This document shows positions 1 to 11,997 of a stretch of 64,000 bases of DNA, one piece after another. Where the stretch lies: the NCBI GenBank assembly GCA_965240325.2, contig OZ251224.1, positions 434,001 through 498,000 on the forward strand, in the 5' to 3' direction. The stretch's first letter is position 1, and every line of letters begins with the position of its first letter. The stretch is from Rebecca billardiae RCC1528. Lineage: Eukaryota; Protista; Haptophyta. The notes under the pieces were generated by a model, which ran no database searches, was not told the DNA's origin, and saw only the letters and a list, made by a program, of their open reading frames with translations. A program made the position numbers and the translations under genes.

Positions 1-744
1 TGGGGCGCAGCCGCGCGCAGACGACTGCCGCAGGGAGTGGGACCCGCGGTCCGGTCTAACGCGCCCGGTGCCGTCTGCCGAGTGCCGACCGAGGGCCGCC
101 GCCCGGGGCCGCCGCCGGCCCTGACTGGCTGACTCCTACTGACGAGGCAAATGCTGCCCCCGCGGGCTAAAAGAACAATAACAACAACCGCGCGCCCGTC
201 GTCAGAAGGCTTCATCCCGAGTTAGATCTCACGGCCTAGTCGTCACATTGACATCAGTACTATACGCTCGATGACGATCTATAATAATAGCGGTATAGGC
301 GGACTACTAGTAGTTGGCGAGCCGGCGGCGTGTCGGCCTGTCACCTCAAGCTACCACTGAGACCAGGGCTACGCCTACTACGCCTGATTGATCACGGCAC
401 GGAATGTGCCACGGCAGTCAGCATGCAGCGCGCGGACTAATTCTATGATTTAAAGACACAGGCACGAGGGCGCAGCTCTCCTGATTCGTCTGTCGAAGAG
501 TACTGAATGGAGTTAATGGAGGATGTCGGAGCGCGTTGGCCGCGGGTGAGGGAGTCGTCGTAACCGATGCTGATCACACGGTCACTGAGGTAGTAGGCGC
601 CCGGGGATGCCGCTGTTTTGCAGTCGTCGTCGGCCTTGGTCATCATGTAGTTGCCCGTGTCGTCGTCGTCCGAGGCTGTTCAAGTTGATGCCGTAGTGCA
701 GGTAGTGGATGTGGTCGCCCGGGCCGGTGTGCGCGGCCTAGTGG

Positions 745-880
745 CCTTGCCGAGTTGAGGGAGTAGTCGCCCTTGCCGTTGAGGAAGTCGTCGTCCTTGC
801 CGTTGAGGAAGTCGTCGCCCTGGCCGCAGAGGAAGTCGTCGCCCTTGCCGTTGAGGAAGTCGTCGTCCTGGCCGCTGAGG
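745..880 (-). repeat. 24-bp tandem repeat (~5.5 units) encoding DDFLNGK(G/D)
   Basis: Units ccttgccgttgaggaagtcgtcg(c/t) start at 745 (with 2-nt insertion), 771, 795, 819, 843 and 867 (partial). Confidence 0.9.
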
Positions 881-933
881 GTGCCTGCGCTGCCCAACCG
901 GGCGCGTCTGGCGCGCCAGCGCCGCGCGCGGCT

Positions 934-2037
934 CTACGCCAGCGACTGCGGCGCGGCGGCAGCCAGGTCACGGGGGGGGTCGCCGAGGGACGCGGTGCGA
1001 GCCTGCTTGGCCGGCTTGGCGTCGCTCCCGCCAGCGGAGGAGGGCCCATCCTCCTCCGCCGGCGTGGACGGCTCGGTCGCCGCGCGCTTGCCGGCTGCCG
1101 CGGCGCCGGGGGGCAGGACCAGGCGGTAGTTGGACTCCCCGAGCGCCGGCCTGGCCTGTTGCACCTCGGGCCCGTCCGACGGCGCGGCCGCGGTTGGTGG
1201 CTGGGGTGGCGGGATGGCATCGTCCGAACCCTCCCCCTCGGGCTCCTCCGCCTCCGGGCCGGCGGGGTCCGCCGCCTGTTGGTCGGCCGGCTGAGGAGCA
1301 GGGCGGCGCGCAGCGGCGGGCGGCGCGGGCGGCACAGGCGGCGCGGGCGGCACGCCCCACAGGTTGTGTGGGACGCGGGCGGCGCCGGCGATGCGGCGGC
1401 TCGGCTTGAGCGGCGCGAAGAAGATGGGGTGCTCGGGGTCGATGGGCATGAAACGCAGGCGGAGGAAGATCAGGTTCACACCGCCGGAGTAGATGTTGGT
1501 CTCGACGTGCTCACCGTTGGTCACGTACTTGTTGATGTCGGGCACGATCTGCTCGTAGAGGGCCCTGTGAAACTGCACGAGCGTCATCGTGGGGCTAACC
1601 GGGAGCGTGAGGGACACGTCCTTCGCCTGGGTTGCGAGGTCGGCCGCCGACAGCGCGAGCATCTCCTGCGTGAGCTCCGTGGTGCACGCCGTGAGAATGT
1701 TCGGCATGCACAGGCTGGTGGCCAGGCGGCGGCAGATGGTCATGTTCTCGAGCACCGAGCCGGTGAAGGAGAAAACGTGCTTATTGCCTTTGGGGTCCTG
1801 GGTGAGTCCTGAGAGCAGTCGCCCGCCTTGCGAGTTGGGCGCCACGTCGCTCAGGCAGCGCGCGCTCAGCTTGATCATCGTCGTGCACATCTGCTGGCCC
1901 GCATCCCGCCTGGCGGTGGGGGTGCTCGGCCGTTCCACCTGCAGCCCGCGCTCGAAGTTGTTGGAAGAGGGGAAGAAGCTCAAGGCGCTCCTGCTGTTGA
2001 GACGGTCGCGGAAAAAGCCGTGCTGGTAAGGGGGCAT
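934..2037 (-). CDS. Hypothetical protein (globular N-terminal half, Pro/Ala-rich tail); possibly TE-derived or decaying
   Basis: Part of the 407-codon ORF 934..2157 with coding-like GC3 bias; first ATG gives MPPYQHG; no family recognised. Confidence 0.5.
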   Translation of the reverse strand: MPPYQHGFFRDRLNSRSALSFFPSSNNFERGLQVERPSTPTARRDAGQQMCTTMIKLSARCLSDVAPNSQGGRLLSGLTQDPKGNKHVFSFTGSVLENMTICRRLATSLCMPNILTACTTELTQEMLALSAADLATQAKDVSLTLPVSPTMTLVQFHRALYEQIVPDINKYVTNGEHVETNIYSGGVNLIFLRLRFMPIDPEHPIFFAPLKPSRRIAGAARVPHNLWGVPPAPPVPPAPPAAARRPAPQPADQQAADPAGPEAEEPEGEGSDDAIPPPQPPTAAAPSDGPEVQQARPALGESNYRLVLPPGAAAAGKRAATEPSTPAEEDGPSSAGGSDAKPAKQARTASLGDPPRDLAAAAPQSLA

Positions 2038-3930
2038 GGTGGCCGGTGTGGCGGGCGCGGGGCTGCGGAGGGCCGGGGGGCGGGTGCGGAAGCACTGCGG
2101 TGCGAGCGAGGTCGGTGCTGGTGCCAAAGGCATTTCGGCGCGCGGGGTTGAAATCAAATTTCAAAACCCAGGTCCGGAGTGGCCCCGCCGGTCCCCCGGA
2201 CCACGGCGGCCCGTCGTGCGTTTCGGGGGGAGAGGGGTTTGTCGCGAAACGGGCAGGATGGGGAAAAGGGGGGGGGGGGGGGGGGGGGCTCGCGGCCGCC
2301 GCGGGGAGGCCGGGACGGGCGCGGTCTCCACCTGAGGGCCGGGCGCTGCTCAGGAAGGAGGGCGGCCCACACTCCGCGTGTCGCTCCCCAGTGCCTCCGC
2401 ACAGGCACACCGCAGGTGTTCGCCGTCGTGTCGGGATGAGCATGCGCTTGGCGTCCGCACCCGGGGCCAGTCCTTTCATGGTCAGCAAGCAGGCGGGGGG
2501 GGGGCGTGCGTGTGCAAGCGCGGGTGGATATGTCGTGTCTGCGATATGCGGAGTGTTGGATGCGGGTTGCGCCGGTGCCCCAGGGCACCGGTGAGTGTGT
2601 AGCTGTTTCGGGCACGCCTCGCGAACGCGAGGCGCTGGAAGACATGGCCACTCGTCGTACTGACTACAAGGAGGCTAATAATTATTAATGACCCGTTGCA
2701 CGGGTGAGTAACCGTGAGCGTATGAAAAAACGACAAGCGTATGAAATCTCGCGGTTTTGTCGCTCGCGCTGCCGCATGGCTGACGTCCGCGCCGATCCGA
2801 GCGCAATGGTGCATTGCGAAGCCGATTCGCAATGCACCAATCCAATCCGCATGTCAATCGACCCAACCGTCGCTGAGAACGAACGACAAAACCCAGGGCA
2901 GGTGTCCACCACGAAGCCACGCCGCGCGCGCGCTGGCAGCGTGAGCCGGCGCGGTTGCAAAGGGTTGCCCAAAGGCAGAGAGATCAGCCAATGCGGCTAC
3001 CTTCGGCAAGCACGCCACCTCAGCGTCAGCATCGGGTGGGGCCGTGACGATATATGCCCTTGGATGCGGCTCCAGCCAAACGGCTCTCGACGCGGGGAGC
3101 CGCCATCGGCCGCGAGCGCGTACACGGATACACGTGCTGTCCTCGTGAACGAGGATTCAGGAGACGAGGCGCGGCCCGCGATGCGCAGGCAAGACCTAGG
3201 GAGTGGCTCACGCTTTGATCGCGTGTACGGGTACAGAAGGCGTGCGCACGCAACCGCACCGCCTTCGTGAAGCGCGTGGGCAAGCTGCTGAAGCTCTCAC
3301 GATGCGCGCTTACTTCTCACCTCCGTGCGCTCGCCGACCGCTCACGCTGCCTTCCGCGCGGCGGACCTGGGAAACCTGCCACCTGGCGCGCACGACGCAG
3401 CGCGTAACGCGGAAGGTGGTAGATCTGCTGCCACGCTCCCGCTGCCGCCGCCGGCGGCGGCAGCGGCATGCCCACGATGCGGCGACGGTGATGACTATCA
3501 CTGCCAAAGTGTCGTTTTTTCGGCGCTCACGCGTGCAACGGGTCTAATGTCTAATCAGCCGTCAACGGACTCAGCCGCCATCAGACTCAGCGGTGGCCGT
3601 GGCCGTGGGCTGCGGTCGGGCCCACGGCCACGGGCCACGCGAATGTCGCGATGATGTGTGACCATATGGATCCGATCGGCATCGTCGGGCCTGGCTGATC
3701 CTGAGGCTGCCGCCGTCGCCGCGTGGCGACATCAGACGACGGCGTGGCAGGCAGTTGCGCGAGTGCGAGCCATAGCAGCGCGGTGGGGGGCGAGGCCGGC
3801 CGGGGGGCGCGTCCGATGGCCAGCCACGGCCAAAGTGGTCACCAAGCCCTGGCCGCACGGTGTACCAGAGGGTGCCGGAGCGGCTGGCGACACCGGGAGG
3901 ATAGATTGCGCCGTTCCCGCAGCGAGCGGA

Positions 3931-4434
3931 TCATTGGCTGCGCGGGGTCGCTGCGCCGCCGGCATTCAGGCAGCGCATGATTGCCTCCTGCTCATCCCCC
4001 TTGCATGTGGCCAGGCTCGTCCTCGCGAGCGCCGCATCGAAGCCAAGCTCATCGCGTAGCCGTGTGCACGATGTGAGGAATGCAAGCGCGCCGTCTGCGT
4101 CGATGCCTGCCGTGGCGACGGCGGCCTCTGCGTCCTCACGAGCATAGCCACGTTCGATCCAGCCCGCCACAGCCTGCGACTGACGCTGCGAAACCTCGTG
4201 GTGCATCGAGCTCGCGATGTCCTCGTCCGACGGCCAGTTGGTGCCACGAAGTGCGGTGGTTTGCACGCGCTCCTCCTCGCGAGCGATGGCGGCGTGCTCG
4301 AGCGTCAGGTCGATCTCTGGGGTTGATAACGCACCACGTGCGCTGTCCAGGCGAGCCGCGTCAGGTCGGCATGGGGGCTCGGGGATCACGAGACGCACGC
4401 GGATCAGCCCTTCCGCCGCGCTGAGACCGGCCAT
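3931..4434 (-). CDS. Tandem UBA-domain protein (UBAP1/ESCRT-I-like)
   Basis: Two UBA-like helical motifs (ERGYAREDAEAAV...ALAFL; ELGFDAALARTSLATCKGDEQEAIMRCL); N-terminal IDLTLEHAAI resembles the UMA region. Confidence 0.55.
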   Translation of the reverse strand: MAGLSAAEGLIRVRLVIPEPPCRPDAARLDSARGALSTPEIDLTLEHAAIAREEERVQTTALRGTNWPSDEDIASSMHHEVSQRQSQAVAGWIERGYAREDAEAAVATAGIDADGALAFLTSCTRLRDELGFDAALARTSLATCKGDEQEAIMRCLNAGGAATPRSQ

Positions 4435-4528
4435 GCTGATTGTGAATACGATTTACTGTACTGTGCCTGCGCCGGTCTGTTTTGTGGCGGTGTCTTTGTG
4501 CAGTGTTGGATGGCGTTAATCACGCCTT

Positions 4529-4563
4529 AACCAAGTGTGCACGTTAAATCATAGTAAACTGTA
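4529..4563 (-). mobile_element. Putative Tc1/mariner-like terminus, type B
   Basis: Reverse complement tacagtttactatgatttaacgtgcacacttggtt nearly identical to 44213-44247. Confidence 0.55.
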
Positions 4564-4589
4564 GCTTAGTGATTTACGGCCTAGCTTAT

Positions 4590-4633
4590 TACAGTTTACT
4601 AAGAATAAGAGACGCACACAGCTCGAAGGCAGG
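4590..4633 (+). mobile_element. Putative Tc1/mariner-like terminus, type A
   Basis: tacagtttactaagaataagagacgcacacagct recurs at 30425 and 31023; begins TA|CAGT. Confidence 0.55.
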
Positions 4634-4916
4634 ACAGTAGCTTACTCAACTCTCAAGCAAGCAGCTTAGCTACGTTATGAGAGCTGCCTGCTGACTGACT
4701 TCTGAGCTTGAAGCTGAAGCAGCCCCCTCGGACTTGCGGCATGCAAAGTAGACCTGCTGTCGGCGCCGCGTCGTTGCAGAGTTGCAGCAGACGACCGCGC
4801 CAGAGTGCCAGAGTAGGCCCAGCGCCCCCGGCTCATGGCTGGCGCGCAGTCACGAGAGCGTGCAATAACGTGCATCCCCACCCATGACCCAAACGTCCCA
4901 AACACCGCCGCCCCGC

Positions 4917-7683
4917 TCACATGCCGTAGCTCGGGTCCTCGGCGTGCGTCATGTCCAAGAAGAGCAGATCCGTGTACGGCGCGAGCGTCCACTTGTCCGC
5001 GGGCACGACCGCCTCCGCCGCGTCGCACACCGCGCGCACGTCGACCATCGTCTCGAGGCGCAGCGTGCGCGCGAGCCGCGCCTTCTCGAGCACGTCCTCG
5101 CAGCCCTCCATCTGGTGGATGGCCTCCTTGAGCTTGAAGACCGACGACGAGAGCTCGGCGACCTGGCCCACCTGTGGGGCGCGGCGCGGCACGGCGGCGG
5201 GCGCGGGCGCGGGCGCGCGTCACGCGGCGGTCGGCGGTCGGCGGTCGGCGCGCGGGTCGGCGCGCCGGTCGGCGCGCGCGGCGCGCACCCCCGCCGCCTG
5301 GCACGCCGGCAGCACGTGCTGGTTGATCATGTCCACGAGGCAGCCCGCCTCGATCTCGACGGTGCCGATGTAGTGCTCGAGGTGCACGACGCGCCGCGCC
5401 TCGAGCTCGATCTCTGAGAGCACGCCCATCTTCTTGAAGAGCGCCTTGTTCTTGTCGGAGCCGAGGTGGTTGGTCGCCTCGACGCCCGAGTCGATGCGCC
5501 ACACGCCGCGCTGCGTGAGCATCTCCTGGTTCGCCTCGTCGTACGAGTTGCCGTTGAAGAGCACCTTCCAGTGCTGCTTGAGCGCGGCGCTCGCGACCTC
5601 GCTCGGCTTCTTGCCGCCCTCGATCGCGTCCGCAAACTCCTTGAACGCCTCGGCGCAGACGGTCTGCAGCACGGTGTTGACGAGAGACACGTTCTGGCTC
5701 GAGCCGACCGCGCGGAACTCGAAGCGGTGGCCGCCGTACGGGAAGGGCGAGGTGCGGTTCCGGTCCTCCGCCGGCACCTCGAGCGGGCCGACGCACGACA
5801 CGCCCAGGTCGAGGTTCTTGAGGTTGGGCACGTACTCGCTGATCCCCTTGCCGTCCTTGATGGCCTCGAGATACTTGGTCATGTCGTCGCCCAGGTAGGT
5901 CGAGACGATGGCGGGCGGCGCCTCGCACGCGCCGAGGCGGAAGTCGTTGCCCGGGCTCGCGATTGCCGCGCGCATCAGGTCGCCGTGCTTGTCCACCGCC
6001 GAGATGATCGCGGCCATGATCACCGGGAAGATCTCGGCGCTGCCCGACTTGTCGCGCACCTGCTTGACGTTGAGCAGGTTGGTGCCGCACGCCGTGCCGA
6101 TCGACCAGTTGTTGTGCTTGCCCGAGCCGTTCACGTCGTTGAAGGGCTTCTCCTGCAGCAGCGCCGTGAGCCCGTGGTTCGAGGCGACCTCCTCGATGAT
6201 TTGCATCGCCTGCGGTGCGTGCGCGCGCGCACGAACGACGCGGCGCGCCGTCAGCCGAGCGGCCGGCGCGAGCAGGAGTGCGGAGCAGGGGCGCGCGGGG
6301 GCGCTCGCTGGGCGCGGCGCGGCGGCGCGCGCGAGGCCGGGGGCAGCGGCGCGGCGCGCCCGGCGGCGGCGGCGGCGATGCCGGCGGCGGCGGGGCGGTC
6401 GCGCGCCGCGCACCCAGAGGTTCTGGTCGACCTGCGTCGTCGCCGAGCCGAAGAGCGGCGCCATCTCGTACTGGTTGGGCGCGACCTCGCGGTGGCGCGT
6501 GCGCAGCGGGATGCCCATCTTGAGCGCCTCGGCCTGCATCTCCTTCACCGCGTCGATGGCGGGCGAGGCGAGCGAGAACGGGGCCTGCGGCGCGGGCGGG
6601 GGCAGAGGCGCGTGCGCGTGCGCCCGCGCGGCTCAGCGCTCGCGGCGCGGCACGCCTCGCCCACCGTGCCCCGCGCCGGGCCGCGCGCGCGCACGCGCGC
6701 GACCGGTCCCCCGCGCGCGTGCGGGCGCGCGTGTGAGCGTGCGAGCGCGGGCACCATGTAGTGGTCGCACATCTCCTGGCCGCGGTACGCGTTGCGGCCG
6801 ATGATGGTGCGCCCCGCGAGCATCAGGTCCGGGCGGCGGTGGTACGCCTCGCGCGGGATCAGGAAGAACTCCTGCTCCAGCCCGATGTTGGAGAAGATCG
6901 AGTCGACGCTGTAGCCGAGCAGCTTGAGCAGCCGCACGCCCTCGCGCGACATCGCCTCGCCCGAGCGCAGCAGCGGCGTCTTCTCGTCGAGCGCGTGGCC
7001 CTCCCACGAGACGAAGCACGCGGGGATGTAGATGCAGTCGTCGCGGAGCGAGATCGGCGACGTCGGGTCGATCGACAGGTACCCGCCCGCCGTGTGCGTC
7101 GCGCGCATGCCGCCATTCGGGTAGGACGAGCCATCGGTCTCGCCCTTCAGCAGGTCCTTGCCGCCAAACTTCCACTTGGCCGTGCCGTCGTCTTCGAACT
7201 CGATCATCATGTTCTGCACCTGGCCCGAGAGCCCGTGCCGCACGCCCGACGCGGCGAGCGGCTGGAACCAGTGGCAGAACGACGTCGCGCCGCGGTCGGC
7301 CGCCCACTCGCTCACGGCCGCGGCCACCTTGTCCGCCGAGGTCTTCGTCCACGTGTAGTCGTTGCTGGCAGGGCGGGAGGCAGCGAGTCGCGCAGGCGCG
7401 GCGGATGGCACGCGTGAGTCCACTGCGCGCCATCCCCGATCCCCGCGCGCACCCGCGCGCGTGCACCATGCCGCGCCACGCAGAGGCGCGCGCGCGCGCG
7501 CGCGCGCCGACACGCAAAGCGCGCGCGCCGCGCGCGCGTGCGCGCGCACAGGGCACCGGCCGGAAGGCCCTGCTTGGTCAGGTACTTATCGGCCACGGCG
7601 CCCTTGAAGAGGTTCGTGCCATACCCATCATACACCGATGCGATCGACGAGAGCGAGCGCCTCGCCGCCAGGCCGCGCAGCAT
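4917..7683 (-). CDS. glnN/GSIII: Glutamine synthetase type III, 5 exons (7550-7683, 6755-7364, 6414-6584, 5289-6209, 4917-5171), probable mitochondrial presequence
   Basis: Motifs HWFQPL, GETDGSSYPNGGMRATHTAGGY, HREVAPNQYE, NGSGKHNNWS, DRNRTSPFPYGGHRFEFRAVGSSQ; four GT-AG introns restore a single frame. Confidence 0.96.
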
Positions 7684-8052
7684 CGTGGAAGCCTACGGGG
7701 GGTGGGCGGGTCGGGGCCGACGCGAGCGCACGCGCGTGCGTAATTGCGGAGTGGCCGCGGCCCGGCCGGCCGGATGGGGCAATCGCGCCCCGGAAAAACG
7801 GCTGTACTACTGATGTGCTCGAAAACATCACATCCGGGGCCAATCATGTCACGCTGCAGTCTGATCTTCAATCCTCAAACTCTGAGGATCGATTCTTCCG
7901 CCCATTCGAAAGCAACTCTCGAAGTCCTATCCAATAATCGAGCCTGCCCGTGCGGTGTCCATACTCCCAACAACCTAATAACAATGGCCGCCAGCCTACC
8001 AACCGGAGCCCCCACGACGCACCATCGGCGGCCTGGCGCTCACAACTCTCCC

Positions 8053-10483
8053 TCACAAGTCGCCAAACTTGTTCAGGCCGCTGAGCGCGCGCAGGTCGGC
8101 CAGCTCCTGCTCGGTGGGCGACGAGAGGCCCTCCTCGACGGCACCGTGCGCGCTGCGCTCGTCCACGTCGGCGTCGGCCAGCTGCCCGTAGCGCGCCGAC
8201 CGCGAACCCGCACGCGAGCGCGGCTCGCCGGGCGGCTCGATGGGCCTCGGGGCGCCTGGCGCTCGCCTGGCGCCACCCCCTCCACACCTTGCCGAGGACG
8301 TCTGCGACGCCGCCCACTTTGCGCGCCAGCTGCCCATGTATGCGCGCGCGCGCGATTGAGGAAGCTCGGAGGCCTCGCTGTCGCTGCCGTTGCGCCGCCC
8401 GCTGCTGCTGTCGTCCTCGACGCAGCCGGAGCGCAGCGCCGACGTGGGCGTCCGCCCGTCCCGTCCGCGCAGCAGCCGGTCTCCCGGATCGCCTGTGCGC
8501 GCGCGCGCGTGCCCGGCGGGCGCGCGAGCGCGGCGCGCGCGCGCGGCTTGGATTGGGCGTGCGCACAGGGAGCGCGCGCACGCGGCGGGGCCCACGGCGC
8601 GGCGCGCGGCGAGGGCGCGGCGGCGCACCGTCCTCCGATCGGTCCGCGGCGGGCATGCTCCCCGCTTCTCTGCCGCCGCCGCCGTTGGGCGTCGCCGCCG
8701 CGCGCCTGCGCGCGTCCTCCTTGACGATGCGCGCGCCCTCGGTCGTGAGCTCGTCGTCGCAGTCGTCGTCGAACTGGAAGGAGCGCGCGCCGCACAGCGA
8801 GGCGAGCTGCGAGAACAGGTTGAGGTAGGTGCAGCCGCACAGCAGCACGATCAGGATCGGCGCGTAGTCGTTGTAGTAGTCCGCGCCGAGGAAGGGCACG
8901 ACGTTCATCTCGCCCAGCCCGAGCAGGAACGCGGGCGAGATGCCGCTCTCGTCCGAGCGCTGCGGCTCGTGCAGCAGGTTGAGGTAGTTGAAGGTGATGG
9001 CGGGGGCGAGGCGGCACATGTACGTGCCGTTGAAGAGGAGCGAGCCGTAGTCCGAGTTCTGGTCCGTGTGCAGCGCGTAGAAGTTGAACAGCTTCATGCG
9101 GAAGAAGGCGAAGTAGACGCACGCCGTGTTGTACAGCAGCGGCACCGAGAAGCAGCTCAGGAAGAGCCACCCGCCCGCCGGGTCGAGGAAGAGGACCCAC
9201 GAGATGACGGAGAGGTTCTTCACGTCGCGGAAGATGATGGTGGACTCGCAGATGATGATCAGCAGCGAGAGCACGCCGCAGCACGCGGCGAACGTGCGCC
9301 ACAGCGCCGGCCCCACCGTGACGCGCAGGTAGCGCCGGTCGCACGCGAGCTTGAGCCGCGCGGCCGCGCCCTTGCGCGCGAGCGGCAGCACCGCGTCGTG
9401 CGCGGGCGCGAGGGACTGGCTGCGCTGCACGTCCCAGCTCGCGTCGTCGAGCTTGCGGCACAGCTCGCTCAGCTCGAGCTGCAGGATCGCGCGCTCCAGC
9501 GTCTTCTCGTACGACGCGTGCGAGCGCCTGTACGCCGTGAGCTCGTCCTTGACGCGGCAGTTGAGCGCCTCGAGGTCGGAGACCGACACCAGCCCGGACA
9601 GCGGCGCGCTGCCGGCGGGCTGCGTGCGCAGCCGCTCGGCGGCGTCGGCGGTGGGCTTCTCGAGCGCGGCGCGCTCCGACGGCTCCACGTGCGCGAGCAC
9701 GAACGCGCACAGCTCGTGCAGCTCGTGCTTGTCCCCGATGCACTCGGCGCTCTCGATCAGCCGAGCGGCGCGCTCGAGCGCGGCGAGCGCGTCCGCCAGC
9801 CGCTCGGTCGCGCCGCTCAGCTGCTCCTGGTACTCGGAGACGCGGAAGTAGAGGTAGCGCAGCTGGCCCTCCACGTCCCCCTTGTTCCACAGGTAGCGCG
9901 GCAGCTCGACCAGCCCGTACCCCAGCATGAGCACCACGACGCACAGCGAGAAGGCGTTGGCGGCCGCCTTGCAGTACCCGCGCAGCCCGACGAGCGTCAC
10001 CTTGAACGTGACGAGCTCGTACACGAGGAAGACGATGCCAAGCAGGCAGAACGGCACGTAAAACATCGCGCCGTTCCTCAGCGAGTGGCGCACGCGCCCG
10101 CCGATCGTGAACGCGCCCGACGCGATCGCGTCGCGCAGGAAGTCGGACATGAAGTAGCCGAGCAGCATCGACGTCCAGTAGACGACGGACCAGAAGGTGA
10201 CGAGGTTCTTGGGGTAGCCCCACGCCGACTCCTCGCACACGTCCTCCACGTCGCAGTCCTCCTCCGGGTCGACGCACGTCATGTTCGCCCTGAACACGCA
10301 GCGCGCGTGGAAGGTGGACGAGAGGTCGAACGGCAGCACGAAGAAGAACAGCAGCCCGAGAGACCACGTCGTCCACACCAGGACGAGCACGTACCACGGG
10401 CAATGACGCATGTCCGCATAAATGTGTAGCAGGTAGCCCGCGAGCAGGCCGGCGGCCAGCACGCACCCGAGCACCAGCAGCAT
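8053..10483 (-). CDS. LMBR1-domain membrane protein (LMBRD2-like), intron 8493-8628
   Basis: Multiple TM segments; motifs VLPFDL, LGYGLVELPRYLW, MCRLAPAITFNYL, FNFYAL. Confidence 0.88.
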
Positions 10484-11172
10484 CCGCGCCAAGTCGAGCG
10501 AGACGAGAAGCCCACTCGCTTCCCGGCCTGGGCAGCCAGCGCTGCGGCAACAAGCTCCAAAGCACGGCTGCGCAGGTGTGCAGGACGCTGCTGCCGAGCA
10601 AAAGCACCAGGCCGTCGCGCCCGCCGCCTGGTTTTTGGCGCTGGGCGTGGCCGCGTGGGAGGACAATAATTCACAGTCCGAATGTCCGATCAATCATCGG
10701 AAAACTGAAATCAAGCAAAGGACAGCGGTTGTGAATGTGTGATGGAGGAGAGAGCCAGAGGGACTCCCGTGTTCTGTGCTTGCTCGCCTCGCGCGGCGCC
10801 CCCTCGTCGACGTCCTTCGTGCTGTGCTGCTCCTCCGCCCCGGGATGTCTTCGGCCCGCCAGTCCGCCACGCCGGCGTCGGCCGGGGCGGGCGCGGTGGG
10901 GTCGGTGGCCGGATGATGAGGATGAACTTCAACTACGAGCGAGAAGAGCAGGCAAACTGCCAAAATCAGCCAAAGGGAAAAATGATATCCGTGCAAGCCG
11001 GATGACGACCGCATGGGCAGAGCAGGCAGCAACGTGTGCAGTGGCGGCAGCCCAGGCGGGATCGCGGCATCTTGCTTTGCGTTGGTGCTCAAGGAGTGCG
11101 GGCTGCATGGTGGAGCCTCACCCGAGCCCTGGCGGGCCGAGCGGGCCGCTAGGCCATGCGCAGCCCGTGGTG

Positions 11173-11997
11173 ATGGACGTGACATCCGCGGCCGGCGAGG
11201 CCGCTGCATCGCATCCGGCGCCAAGCGCGCCACCTGCCGAGCACATGGCTCTTGGCAAGCAGCCGATGGGCAGCGCCGCGCTGCCAGTCGGGCCAGGCGA
11301 CTTGGCGTGGAGCTACCGCGACCATCGCCCAGTCACGGGTGCGCCTGCGGAGGAGGACTCACCGCCGTCGACGAGGCGTACGCCAGTGGAAGTGGCGCCC
11401 CGCACACCCGCCGCTGCCGACCCGGGCGGCAGCTCCGACAGCAAGCAGCCGCCCACGATCGCGGAGTCGAAGCTGTCGACTTCGCTGCTCGCTGCCAGCC
11501 TCGACACGAGCGATCGAAGTGGATGCGCGCCGACAGCGCGGAGAAGAAAGGGGGCCGTGCGGCAGAAGAGATGCGTGCGCTGGGCGGATCTGGAGGCGAC
11601 GACGGGCGTGCGCACCATCTCCGGCTCGAGCTCCAAGAGGAGCAGGAGCCATGACAACATGAACGAGGGCAGCTCGTCCACGGCGGGCACGCTCGCGGAT
11701 GACCATGCGGCGCATCGCGTCTCCTTCGCAGAGCTGGTGTGCGGCCGCGCCCGCGCGAGGAGCCCGAGGCGAGCCGCGCGTCCTCCTCGCTCGCGCTCTC
11801 TCCCCCCTCCCTCCCCCTTCGGATACTGACTGACTGCGTGCCCCTGCCGCGCCCTTCCATCACGCGCGCCGGCTGGATGACCGCACGCGCAGGCGGCGCG
11901 TGAGAGGCGAGACGCACACGACATCCTTGCGCGCGCGCTCAAAAGTAGTCTCAACGCGTCGCCGGTGCCGAGCGACGAGGACAACGAGGAGAGCTAA
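11173..11997 (+). CDS. Hypothetical disordered protein with RVxF-type motifs; probable intron near 11737-11892
   Basis: KRCVRWAD and HRVSFAE motifs; GT..CAG intron joins to ARERRDAH...NEES*. Start codon uncertain. Confidence 0.45.

Noticed and set aside
745-880. Possible CRISPR-like array
   Set aside because: Contiguous 24-bp units with no unique spacers, no cas genes, eukaryotic context.
3020-3440. Kinesin-like fragments (FDRVYG, VVDLL)
   Set aside because: Only a few residues; no P-loop or switch motifs.
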